In this document: piece after piece, positions 1 through 11,889 of the stretch
Layout: every line of letters starts with the position of its first letter
How positions within the stretch are numbered: the stretch's first letter is position 1
Source: Octopus bimaculoides
Lineage: Eukaryota
Assembly (NCBI RefSeq): GCF_001194135.2
Contig: NC_068981.1
Span: forward strand, 38,016,263 to 38,080,262
Length of the DNA stretch: 64,000 nucleotides
Direction: 5' to 3'
Notes under the pieces: model-generated
Database searches by the model: none
What the model saw: the letters and a program-made list of their open reading frames with translations, nothing else
Told to the model about the DNA's origin: nothing
Program-made: the position numbers and the translations under genes

Positions 1-34
<34 letters not shown>

Positions 35-1004
35 TATTCATATATACTGTAAATGCAGTGAACCACAAAAACAGGAGATGGACAGTGTTTAACAGATACT
101 GTATTAACTTAACGCTTAAAATGAGAGTCTTAACTTTAACCGTTCATCTGAAGATAATGGAAAAATGAGAAACAGGAAATGTTGGTAAGAGGAAAATAAT
201 GAACGAGTTGTTAGGAGACAGTCAGAAATGTGGTTCTAAGGTGGATTTAAGAAAGGAGAAAGTACACATGTATATATGTGAGTACAGGCCTGTACCTGTG
301 TGTTTTATGGAAAAAATATGTGTACAAGTGTCCATGTCTGAAAGTATAGGCATAGGTTATCAGAGATGGAAGGCATTGGTATATGTGTTTCTAATTGTTG
401 AATGTGAGGAAAGCCTGAATGTGAAACAGTGGGAGCTGGCATGTGAGATAAAAGGGAAGACAAGAGGAATTTAGATGCCATGATAGAAGTGTGTACAAGT
501 GTTTGTGTGAAAGACAGTTACATGGAAGGTGAATATGAACAGAAGAAGTGAAAGTGAGAGAATACATGTGAATTCAAGAGAAAAATATGAAAATCGAGAG
601 CGAAAGAAATTACAAGCTTGTTGAGAGAAGAGAAAATGTTCAAAGACTACATAAAACTGGAGAAAAGTTCCAAGAGGCTGGAATGAGAAACTTCACCATC
701 CACAGATTCTCCAGACTTTGTAGCTGATGCACATTAAAAAAAGTTTGTTTTCTCTTCATTTCCTTTCCTCTGAGAAAAACGATTCTCAATCCGACATGTA
801 CACACATATCTATCCCATTTTTGTTCCTTCTTCCATGTGCCTCACCTAAGTAAATTTCTTTATCCGTTCCTCACCATCGTTAAGGGACTCTTTTCAACAT
901 CCAAGAAGTTTCCCTGGTGTTGTGAAACACACACACACATATAAAACAAGCGTATAAATGAAAGAAATAAGCCCTCAACACATGAACTGAAGTTTGTATG
1001 TTGA

Positions 1005-1120
1005 TTTCAAATTTTGGCAAAAGCCCACCAAATTTGAGGAAAAGGAAAAGTCGATTATATCTACCTCAGTATTCAACTGGTACTCACTTCATCGACCTCG
1101 GAAGGATGAAAGACAAAGAT
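1005..1120 (-). mobile_element. SINE family C fragment (3' part)
   Basis: TTTCAAATTTTGGCA...GTCGATTA...CAACTGGTAC...ATCGACC..GGATGAAAG matches the copies at 18572, 29588, 51826 and 55944-56710. Confidence 0.7.
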
Positions 1121-1850
1121 TCACAAATGCATTAAAGCATATCAGATCAGTTGGACACAACTTCTGGGTGTGAAAGCAATTGTCATTGTGTGTCATTTGG
1201 TGATGCCCATTTTCGTTAACTATTTCGGATCATATGGTGGAATAATATTGTGGTGACTGATGGGAATTGTTCTATAGTTGGTAAATGTTGTACAATACAG
1301 TCGTATTATCCTCTGCTTTCATTAGAAATTCCAGTGAAGTTAAAATTAATTCAAGATTATAGAATATTATCAACTTTCTAAGGGCTTAAAACTAGCTGAC
1401 TGGAGAGCTCTGTTGTTGGCAACAATAAGGTAGTTTGTTTTCCTTGTTAAGAATACTGCGAGTTGCTGCAGTTAACATAGTTTCTCACTGAAACAATGAT
1501 GCCACATGTGCTTCAGGCGAGTCAGAAAGAGACCTTGTAAAAAACTGTTCTAGGTTATAATTTGAGGGACATCTCCCATGTACTGAAGCCTATCACAAAA
1601 AAGGGAGTGCGAGGTTAAGTCTTTAATATACCTAAACTTAAATTAAGGCATATACTGATTGGGTCTTTGCTGAAATTATTGACTGTAAATCCTGTGTTGG
1701 TTACCAAAATACTATATGAGAAGAATAGGACTCCCCCTATAGATCACAACATTTCAGTTGATAAGTGAAATGATTCTGAAGTTAATCCATCTGTATATCT
1801 ACATCTGAAATCAGCATGAATATACTGCAAAAAAATATATATATATAACA

Positions 1851-1969
1851 AAGTGTCGTTGCAAAGCAGTGTGTAAGCATAAGCAGAATAAGGTAAGTTG
1901 AAATGTTTGTCACATATTTCAACTGACCTAATTCTGCTTATACTTACACACTGCTTCACGCTGACACTT
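1851..1969. repeat. Long inverted repeat (hairpin/MITE-like palindrome)
   Basis: 41-nt arms 1864-1904 and 1916-1956, 38/41 complementary, 11-nt loop; outer AAGTGTC/GACACTT pair; partial reverse copy at 2209-2256. Confidence 0.9.
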
Positions 1970-2276
1970 CATTATTTACCTTGGTCAGGCAATCTACTAG
2001 TGCATATCAGTCAGCTATGGATTTATTAAGTTTGTTCAGAGTTGCCTCTCTTAGGTACATCTCATTGACAAGAGTCAAAAAACTTGAAACATTGATGTCT
2101 GTGATTCCTAATAGATGGCAACATTGAACGAACCAGGTGTTTTCACACCTTTTTACCATAAGAGAGATTATTTTTTTCACAGTAACTGCAGTGTATTTGC
2201 CTTTGAGCAGTTGAAATATATGACAAACATATATCAATTTACCTAATTCTACTTATAAGATATATACTTTGTACCA

Positions 2277-2322
<46 letters not shown>

Positions 2323-2884
2323 GCACACACACACATACTCACACACACACACACACATATGCAAACACACACACACACACTCATTCACACACTTGCTATA
2401 AATGATACTATTTATCCAACTATGCTTCACATTTTATTATAATTACTGTCCCTTATCACCACCTCTCTGTTCTACTCCTATTTCCTTCACTTCGCCCATT
2501 CAGTGTGTCCAATTCACTCCCCATCTCTAATCATCTATCATTCTCTTTTTACATTCTTGAGAACGCAGCTACCCACTCACTCATTTTGTTCCTCTACCCC
2601 TATTATCTCACTTTTATCCACCTTGTACCTTGTACACCCTCACCATCTCTCTTTTCCCTCTCTCACTCTCTCTCTGATGCATTCACTCTTCCTCTCTCTT
2701 TCTCTCACACACACGCTCATTCTCTATCTCTCTTCTCTCCAGCTGGTAATTCATGTATCACCTCTTCAACAAAACACCTGTTTCTATCTCTCTTTCATTC
2801 TTTTACTTCATTCAATATTATGTTCCACTCAGTTGAAGGGTATTGTCTTACAGGTACTTGGTGACCTCATCAGTGTCAATGTCA

Positions 2885-3065
2885 CTAAAATGTACTCAGC
2901 ACACTCTGTAAAGTGTTTGGCATTAGGAAAGGCATCCACCTGAATAAACCCTGCCAGAGTAGACACTGGAGCTTGGCACAATCCTCTGACTTGTTGGTTC
3001 CCATTGAGCTGTCCTACCAATGCCAGCATGGAAAAGATGTTGAAAATGATGATAATGATGATGGT
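2885..3065 (+). mobile_element. RTE LINE 3' tail fragment
   Basis: TTGGCATTAGGAAAGGCATCCA...TGCCAGCATGGAAAAGATGTTGAAAATGATGAT; same tail as 8320-8922 and 22885-24189. Confidence 0.75.
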
Positions 3066-3299
3066 AGTGGTGGTGATGAAGGCGGTGGCAGAAGTGATGG
3101 TGGTGGAAATAAAGCTTGTGCAAGGCAAATAAAACGAAATAAATTTCAACAAAAAATTATTAGACGAAATTCTATTAGAAATGCAGCACACACTTTCAAC
3201 TATGTGTCAATGAAATACGCCATTTCACTAGTCAAGCCTTGGCTCTGATAATAAACCCATTAGGTTTTCATTAAACCATGTTATTAACTGCAAGCCAGT

Positions 3300-4000
3300 A
3301 CCAGGTAACCCCAATCTATGCTTTATATCACACTCACAATGGCAAACGTATGAATCCTTAGCCTCATGAATACACCAACAATCCAATGGTTTCAAATAGA
3401 ATAGCTAGGAGGTCACACGATAATGGTTACATAATTATGAATATCATCACTATCCCTTTCTTGATCATGATGGGCTCACAATTACCTTCGCCACCTTCTC
3501 CAAACAAGGCTTGACCACTGTATCCAGCATTTTATTGTTGTCATGGCACTGACCTAGAGGCCTTGTGGTTTAAAATGAAAAGGCATAATAAGGTTTTCAT
3601 TACTCTTGATCTCAGGACCATCAAAGACAATGTATACTTGGTTTTTACCATCAATGTTATCTCTTTGTCTTCATGCATAGCCACCTTCGCTTTCTTTGTT
3701 CAGCTCTAGTCCTGGTTAAAATTCATATTGGAGAAGAACCAGATCATGATTGGTGTCTGAGGTATTTGAGCCTGTTCAGAAAGCACTTTAACTGAATAAC
3801 ATAGCACTTCTTGCTCTTGCCAAACATGAACTGCTCACTTGACATCAAATAAAACTTGTATCTGAGGTCATATCTGATGCATTACATGTGACATAGCACG
3901 TATGTGTAATAGTGGACGTTGCTATCTTAGCTGCTTGATGAAAACTATCTTGAAGCTGCTGGGGTTGATGTTAAGTATGTCCAGAATCTTTAGCACAGTG
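3300..4000 (-). mobile_element. Decayed Tc1/mariner transposase relic
   Basis: Minus-strand fragments across frameshifts: DLRYKFYLM, IWFFSNMNFNQD (cf. WFFSDEKNF), MVKTKY..MVL, IMPFHFKPQGL, KMLDTVVKPCLEKVA, decayed WPP motif. Confidence 0.75.
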
Positions 4001-4235
4001 TGATTCTCTATTTCAAGTGTCTAATGGAGTCTGCCATGTTTATGTTAAGGAATATATCTGAAAGAGAATAGAAATAGTTAAAATTTTGTACACCCCACAT
4101 AATATTCAGGTTAATCCAGAATTTAAATAAAGTTATTAAGCTCTATGTCTTTGTGCTGAGTTCTCTGTTGCTTAACACTATTTATCATACATATATCTAC
4201 AGAACACACAACATACACACACATATCTATGTATC

Positions 4236-4542
4236 AGAGACCCCCTTCGGACATGAATGACCATGAGATTGCACCTAGAAAGTCACAAGTCCAGGCAAGG
4301 TTGTTTATGGAAGACCAGCAGTCACCTATGCATACCAGCCTCCTCTCTCCATGCCACTAATGTTATCCAAGAGAAAAGCAAAGGTCGATACAGCTTGGCA
4401 CCAGTGACTTCACAACTCATTTATACAGCTGAGTGAACTGGAGCAATATGAAGTAAAGTGTCTTGCTCAAGAACACAACATGCAGGCTGGTCTAGGATTC
4501 GAACTCACAACCTGATGGTCGTAAGTTCGACGCTCTAACCAC
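4236..4542 (-). mobile_element. SINE family A (tRNA-like head plus Deu/Nin-like core)
   Basis: Minus strand GTGGTTAGAGCGTCGAAC...GAGTTCGAATCC (B-box-like), then GTTCTTGAGCAAGACACTTT..CTCCAGTTCACTCAGCTGTA; near-identical to 20411-20743. Confidence 0.85.
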
Positions 4543-6883
4543 ATATTATAAGCTATATGTATAATACATATATAATAAGCAAATGCAAATATACTAAGTA
4601 ATACACACATATACACATGAAATAGTTTATCTGCATAGGTGTATATAACTTTATTCATAAAAAAAGTTCATAAGTACATTCATGTAAGAGGTGTATGTAG
4701 ATAGTCTTGTGCATATTCAGAATCATTTGATAAGACATTGTTTTTATCATGAATTATACAAATGTATTTTTGCTGTTCAGTAACATTTTTTTGGTGGGGA
4801 ATTACACATAGATCTGACACAAGCATATATATTTATATAAATAAATATGTATAAATTATATTCATAAATACATATGTGCATGTTTTGTGTGTGTATATAT
4901 ATCTATATGTATGTATATACATATATACATGTACATATGTATATGTATATATAATATTTATATATGTATATACACATACACATGTGTATGTTTATGCACG
5001 CATGTGCATCTGTGTGTGTGTGTGTGTGTGTATGAACTCGGAACAATAAACGCTTGCTGGAGTGGCTAATCCATCAGATAGTAACTAATGATACATATAA
5101 AATGACTGCCTCCAGTCATATGGATACATCCTTTGCTGGCTTAGACTGATTCAGACATGCTTCCATTAGATAGCCAACTCAAATGAAATGATAATCAAGT
5201 GCCTATAAGCTGAATGCATCATGGGTAATTAGATAGTTTAAGACTAATCTGATTTTTTTTAGAGAGTGGCAGAAGTGGATATATCTTGGTATAATATTGC
5301 TAAGGGCACCAAAGTGAACATAAAAACTCAGACATTAATGGCAGTGGCAACACAGAAATCATATTTTGCTTTCTTTTTGCATAAAGAAGCTATTGAAATA
5401 TGGTGTTGGCAATGGCCAAGACAATGGATTATTTTAGTGAAGGTTTTATCATAACTAGTTTCATATTGCATGTTTCTGAATTCTGTTATAAATGACTTTG
5501 CTTTTGCCTCGTTGGATCATTAAAAAACAAATATCACTAATATTCTAATTTTCTTTTCTTTCCTTTTTATTTTCTTTTTGTTTCCGTTTTTATGAGAATG
5601 GATTTGTGTTAAGGGGAAAAAAGTAATATAAAATTAAATATACATATATATATATACATGTTAAAAAAAATGGCAACTGCTCTGGTACCAAAAGTGTTAT
5701 ATGTGTATATGTATGCATATATGTATATTTCTATATGCATATGTTTGTGTAAGTATATACAGTGAGAAAGGAAAAGAAAGAGAAAGAGTGACATACATAT
5801 TTCTATAGGTATTTTTATTATTGATGGTGCTTAACATATTTTAAATTTCTCATCTTAAATACTCAGTTAAGTTTGAATATATGTACTTGTTAATAGTGAC
5901 GTCTGAATAGAAATAGTTCATTTAAAATGAACAGAATTTAATGCTTTGAATTGCAAATATTTATCAAATTCTACACTTTCCATAAAAATATACAATGAAA
6001 ATATATTTCAGTCAATTACAGCTATAAGTAATTTTGGTTATAATACCCAAAATGTGCAAGAAAAGTTGAAAATTTAACCTAATGAAAATGGTGATTAACT
6101 GTTTATTATAATGCCAAATAAAACATAACTATACTATTTTAAAATCTTGAATCAATACAAATGGGTTTTTCAAACTTATGTGTTTATGAGTTAGGTGATA
6201 TTCATGCACACAACTTCAACACCAACCTATATTCCAGAAATTTCATTGATTTTTCAGAGACTTAAGACAATATGTTAAAAGGAAGGGTGAATACATCTAG
6301 TGTTGATAATACATATTTAAAGAAGGTTATAAAGAATCAGCAAATATACATTAAAATGCAGGAAATCCTTAAATTTGTCCCTGAGTCCTTCAAATACCCA
6401 AAACAGATTTAGTAGATATAAATTGAACTATAGTTCCTCTGAGCCTATCCACTCCAATAAAAATGTATCTAAGCTTATATATACTATTTGGTTAAAATTT
6501 TCTTGTACCATCTAATAAATTTTGAAGTGAGTGTTATTTTGATCTGAAATTCATGTTAGACATAGAGAAACATATTATGACAATTGATTTTCTATGCTAG
6601 TTATAAAAGTATTTCTGTAATTTATAGAGCTTGCTCCTTAATTAATTGCAGCCTTAGGTTGACTTATATTTTAATGATTATACAATAAGAAGCAAGATAA
6701 CAAAGAATTTTACAATCTGTTAAGGATATAATTGCTTGTTTTTGAGAGATTTACTTAGTGTTCTCTCTCTGTATAAATCTTGTATCACTATTTATGATTG
6801 ATCAAAATGTGTATGTGTAACATACACATATTGATATATACATATACATATGTATGTAAGTCATTATTCTGTTTTATTTCAAG

Positions 6884-6960
6884 ATTACTTGCCAATGAGG
6901 AAAGAGCTGGTTTCTAACCTAGATCCAAGGCTCTTTCATTGGAATTTCAACATCAACAGG
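6884..6960 (+). CDS. Candidate internal coding exon (D)YLPMRKELVSNLDPRLFHWNFNINR, product unknown
   Basis: Acceptor ttctgttttatttcaag, donor AGG|gtattt; only one of three frames open; protein-like composition; no family recognised. Confidence 0.35.
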
Positions 6961-7282
6961 GTATTTTTGTATGTATGTCTGCATATCTGCAGATTTGCGT
7001 GTTTTGTTTTATGTATGTATTTTCATGCACATAGGTGCATATCTATATATGCTCATATCCATTTAAATGATAAACTTCTGGAAAGTTTTTCAGATTTCTA
7101 CAGTTCCAGTGATGGCTTGAATATGTAGCTTTCAAATCAGCTTTCTTCTTTCTGGTTTTGAAGAGTTTAATTTCTCAAGATTGGTATTTAGGCAGTGTGT
7201 TACATATCACAATGCACTGATAATTACAGGCAAAAACCTGAACTTGTAATCTAGATAAAATAACTGCAAATTTGTCAATAAT

Positions 7283-7393
7283 TCAGCATAGACAAGTCTT
7301 TGGCAATAGTAGAAGACACTTGCCCAAGGTGCCATGCAATGGAACTGGACCCAGAACCATGTGGTTGGGAAGCAAGCTTCTTACCACACAGCC
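7283..7393 (-). mobile_element. SINE family B head, truncated by gap
   Basis: TAGTAGAAGACACTTGCCCAAGGTGCC...GAACCATGTGGTTGGGAAGCAAGCTTCTTACCACACAGCC is the reverse of the 57771 head. Confidence 0.85.
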
Positions 7394-7826
7394 NNNNNNN
7401 NNNNNNNNNNNNNNNNNNNNNNNNNNNNNNNNNNNNNNNNNNNNNNNNNNNNNNNNNNNNNNNNNNNNNNNNNNNNNNNNNNNNNNNNNNNNNNNNNNNN
7501 NNNNNNNNNNNNNNNNNNNNNNNNNNNNNNNNNNNNNNNNNNNNNNNNNNNNNNNNNNNNNNNNNNNNNNNNNNNNNNNNNNNNNNNNNNNNNNNNNNNN
7601 NNNNNNNNNNNNNNNNNNNNNNNNNNNNNNNNNNNNNNNNNNNNNNNNNNNNNNNNNNNNNNNNNNNNNNNNNNNNNNNNNNNNNNNNNNNNNNNNNNNN
7701 NNNNNNNNNNNNNNNNNNNNNNNNNNNNNNNNNNNNNNNNNNNNNNNNNNNNNNNNNNNNNNNNNNNNNNNNNNNNNNNNNNNNNNNNNNNNNNNNNNNN
7801 NNNNNNNNNNNNNNNNNNNNNNNNNN
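7394..7826. other. Assembly gap; others at 26339-26752, 28603-28612, 39517-39644, 43584-43710, 45088-45398, 58603-58822
   Basis: Runs of N, mostly abutting (TA)n or young repeats. Confidence 1.
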
Positions 7827-8094
7827 ATATATACATACAAATTAAAAGAGTAAAGATTTATCAATTTATTAATTTATTAATAAATCAACAATGAAAACAC
7901 ACAAGACTTTGAAATAAACAACTCAGGTTATAAAATGAAATTGATGATCATCATTCCTGTATCATATTTTTGAAGACTACATTTATTGAAAGAGTGTCAA
8001 CTGCTTATCATTATAACTGTGATTATTAAGATACATTTAAGTATGTTTTAAAAGTAATAGATTGAAATATAGATAGATAAATATATAATTAGAC

Positions 8095-8290
8095 ATATAG
8101 TCTGAGAGAAGAGACAGAGAATATGAAAGATAGATTAAGTATAAAAGTGTACGATAAAATGATTAAAAATGGTGGATAGGCTGCGAGTGAAAGAGTAATT
8201 ATATGCAAAAGAAATTTCAGCGTATTTACTGACATTTCACTCCCGTTTTGATAATTATATCTCCTCTCACTCTCTATATCAGCTAAATTA
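8095..8290 (-). mobile_element. Possible decayed Penelope-like pseudo-LTR
   Basis: Minus strand TCAAAACGGGAGTGAAATGTCAG resembles a CpG-decayed CTGAnGA..CGAAACGTCAG motif. Confidence 0.3.
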
Positions 8291-8319
8291 ACCTTTATCT
8301 TAGATGTCATCTAAGACAT

Positions 8320-8922
8320 CAGGGTGAATATATAGTATGTTTTGCTGGATGTGCAATGTCAATGTGCATGTAAGACAGTGTAAGCATCTTGAGTGAAAAG
8401 TTAGGCATAAAAGGCATCAGATGTGGTGCAAGAGAGACAACTGTGCTGGTATGGCGCCTATGAAAGAGGACAGCTATGTAAAAGAAGTACCAATATCTAA
8501 CTATGGAGGGGAACCTGTGCACGTGGTAGATGCAGGAAGACATGAGACGAAGTGGTGAAGCATGATCTTCGGACATTGGGCCTCACGGAGGCAATGACAA
8601 GTAACTGAGATCTATGGGAATATGTCATGCTTGAGAAGACTTGTCAAGCCAAGTGAAATCATGGCCGATGCTGGTGTCATGCAACTGGCACCCGTGCCAG
8701 TGGCACATAAAAGCACCCATTCCAGTGGCATGTAAAACGCACCCATTACACTCTTGGACTGGTTGGTTTTAGGAAGGGGCATCCAGCTGTAGAAACCATG
8801 CTAAATCAGACTAAAACTTGGTGCAGCTCTCTGGCTTTCCAGTTCTAGTCAAACAGTCCAACCCATACCAGCATGGAAAACAGACGCTAGATGATGATGA
8901 TGATGACGATGATGATGATGAT
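8320..8922 (+). mobile_element. RTE LINE 3' fragment (ORF2 end, 3'UTR, (GAT)n tail)
   Basis: Decayed RWYGHV..GRP.KTW coding end, CCAACCCATACCAGCATGGAAAACAGACG and (GAT)n tail; homologous to 23400-24189. Confidence 0.85.
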
Positions 8923-9318
8923 TGGAACACTGGTGGAGCTGATTTTCATTGTTTTGAAATGATTGGCTACAAGGTTGCCTTGTACACTAATAGAAGCTTT
9001 TTGCATATGTAAAGGAAATGGTTGACTGTGACCAGAACAAAATAAGTTCCTGAAAATAAATTTCTACTCAGAAATCTTGATGGCTGTTTCCATTTTCTGA
9101 ACCTTTCAATTGAGCACAATCAGCAATTTCTAATACAATTAGTGTAAACAGTGGCCTTAAAAATAAATTAGATTCTATCAAACCTTAAATTGAAGATGAA
9201 CTGTAACAAATCAGTAGACTTTTCACCTTCAATCTGAACATGAATATATACATGTTGCATAGACTGCCAAATGTGTTGGTGGTGTGTCCCATATAATTCC
9301 TTTGTTTACTTTTTCCAG

Positions 9319-9455
9319 ATGTTATGCTTGCTTTAGAGAGGATCAATCCACTAATTGAGAAATTTGAGGGATGTTTTCAAATACAGTCAAGATATGTGGA
9401 TCAGATTTGGTGGGATGTTTGTCTATTTGATTATGAACGGCTATTTGAGAAGTGA
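9319..9455 (+). CDS. Candidate terminal exon (D)VMLALERINPLIEKFEGCFQIQSRYVDQIWWDVCLFDYERLFEK*
   Basis: Strong acceptor tttgtttactttttccag, 44 open codons to TGA; phase 1 start does not join directly to the 6884-6960 exon (phase 0 end). Confidence 0.25.
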
Positions 9456-10724
9456 AACTGCCCAGACAAGTTCATTTTCAAGCTGTTGATGTTGAAAAGT
9501 ATGAGTAAGACTAGGAAATTAGATTGTAATAAGATAATAAATAATTCATGGATTGTTGATGCTATTCACTACGAGTTTCTTTTGAGCTGTATATAGATGA
9601 AATATTTTTGCACAGTTAGTGTATGGTTTGCATCATGCAAGAATTCTCTGCTTAATATCTAGATCAATATAATATTCTTTTAAATATCAAAGGCCATGTG
9701 ATAATGTTGTAGGCTTCTTTTCTATGTCTCGAAATGAAGATGTATAATTGAAGCAGCATTTTCTTAAATTCATGTTTCTAAATGTGCAGTTTGCTACTGT
9801 TATTTTGTAGGCTCATGTCATATCTTTTATGTTGGGAGTACAGTTGTGACTCCATTTTAGACTGTTCTTATTGAATAGTTTTCTGTAAAGTGGTAAATGA
9901 GAAAAACTCATATATTAGAGCTAGGAATGTTTTTGCAGTATTTAACTTTAACAGTATTTAACAACATTTAAAGGAAATATATGCCTGGACTATCATTAAT
10001 GTTTAAAGACAAGATGTTAGGGAATGTGAATAATCTTATTTTCAAACCGCTGCTTTTGATTGCATGATTCTGACAATTTCTAAAGCATTATGATAAGGTA
10101 CTAGCTTATTGAAGATATTGTTAAATGTTTGGAGATTTTGCTAATGTTACTTATCAGTTTTTAAAAACTATGATTGGGTGTCAGGAGTTAATATTAACAT
10201 ATGCTAATATTTTGTTTTTCATTGATTTATTGTATAGTTGTATTTATCTGCAATTAAATTTAGAGCAGTGACAATCAAAAAATGCAGAATTTAAGAAACC
10301 TACTTTAGTAGTAGTGACTATTTTGGTCGTATATTTTAAAGATCTTAATAAGCTGTTTCCTTAAGATAGCATGTGCCCACTGGCATGGTGAGATACAAGC
10401 AGCCCATCTCACTATGATCCAATATTTTAGGTGGTATTTTCTCACTTTGTGCTTAGCATATATATGAAAACATATTAAAGAGAGACAACACAATTCCACT
10501 CAGAGAAATCATCACACAATAAAAATTAAAACTAGCTGCTCAATTTGCCAGAACAATGCAAATTTAAACCAACTTGCAAAATGACACCACCAAATGGAAC
10601 AAAAAAGAAAGGAAGACCAAAAATCTATATGGCACAAAGCATTCATAACTGACATAAGAGAGATTAATATCACATGGCTAGATGCAGAGAAAATCTGTAG
10701 CCAACAGAAACCACTGGAATCAGC

Positions 10725-11237
10725 TCACTGCCTAATGTGCTTGTGAGCATAGGCAAACCTGATATCAATAGTGTGTTTATGGAGGCAAAGTGGTCGAGCT
10801 CCTGGGCCTCATGGAGGAAAAGTGACTGAGTTTCTTTTGAGTGTTGGGTCTCAAGAATGTGAGGTGGTTGAGTTCCTTTTGAGTGTTGCGTCTCATGGAG
10901 GCAAAGTGGCCAAGCTCCTTTCAAGTGCCGGGCCTCACGGAGGCAATGATCAAGACCTTTGGCATCATCGTGCTTGAGAAGACCCATCAAGCCAAGCAAA
11001 TTCACAGTCATGGCAGATACTAGTATCATGCAAATTGCACCTGTGCTGGTGGCATGTTAAAGCACTCATTACACTCTTGAGTGGTTGGCATTAGGAAGGG
11101 CATCCAGCTGTAGAAAACCACATCAAATCAGAATGGAGCATAGCGTAGCTTTCCAGCATGCCAGCCCAGTCAAACTGTCCAACCCATGCCAGCATGGACA
11201 ATGGACGTTAAATGATGATGATGATGAGGATGATGAT
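10725..11237 (+). mobile_element. RTE LINE 3'UTR fragment with 42-bp tandem repeat
   Basis: Same tail (GGACGTTAAATGATGAT); 42-bp units start at 10809, 10851, 10893, 10935. Confidence 0.85.
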
Positions 11238-11889
11238 TATATATGTATATATATGTATGTATATATATATATATATATATATATAGACCAATGAGTTCAC
11301 ATATTTATCCATAAATGAATGTCCCATTACTGACATCAAATTAACTTTGGGAATCTGAATTTTTCAATTTATTTAGAAATCGAAAGATAAAATTAGATGG
11401 TGTTAAATTGAGTGAACTTAGAGTTGTGTTTATTATTAAAACTGTTGACCGAACTAATTACTGTACTGCAAGTAATGTATTGCTGAAGGCTGGTTGCATT
11501 CTTTATATTATTTTTAATTTCAATTCAAGTCATTCTTGCTAATTAATTTTATCTCTGTTTTTGCAGGATTAATTAATCAGCATTTAAGATTAAAGTCAAA
11601 ATTCTCATTGTGTCCTCTAAACATAGCAACAACTGCTTTGCATTTGGCAAGCATTCTAACCAATTATCGAATTTGATGTGTGAAATATTGAAAGATTTTG
11701 CTTTACTGTTTATATATTATTGTAATTACAACATCATTTTTGTTATTGTAGGTAAATTTTTCATTACACAGTTATTTGTAGATATTGTCTTCTATTTCAT
11801 TAAGGTTGTTAATTTTATTGTAGAATATAAAATATATCTTGAAATCTTAATAGTGATAAGATTAAATCTAAATATTTTTTGGAATGTAC

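Noticed and set aside
95-160. Hammerhead-like CAGATGAAC..GTTAAGAC on the minus strand
   Set aside because: Both core segments are degenerate; not supportable
2239-2943. ORFs such as 2239-2430, 2503-2943 and 2505-2864
   Set aside because: Translations of (TA)n, (CA)n and degenerate (CT)n tracts (YIYI, THTH, LSLS); the same holds for most tracked ORFs at 14.6-15.8, 24.2-26.3, 31.2, 39.0-39.7 and 43.4-46.3 kb
7272-7894. Long ORFs spanning N runs (also at 26.2, 39.1, 43.5, 44.8 and 58.4 kb)
   Set aside because: Open only because N codons translate as X
10809-10934. Regularly spaced repeats as a CRISPR-like array
   Set aside because: Contiguous tandem units with no unique spacers, inside a LINE tail, in eukaryotic DNA with no cas genes
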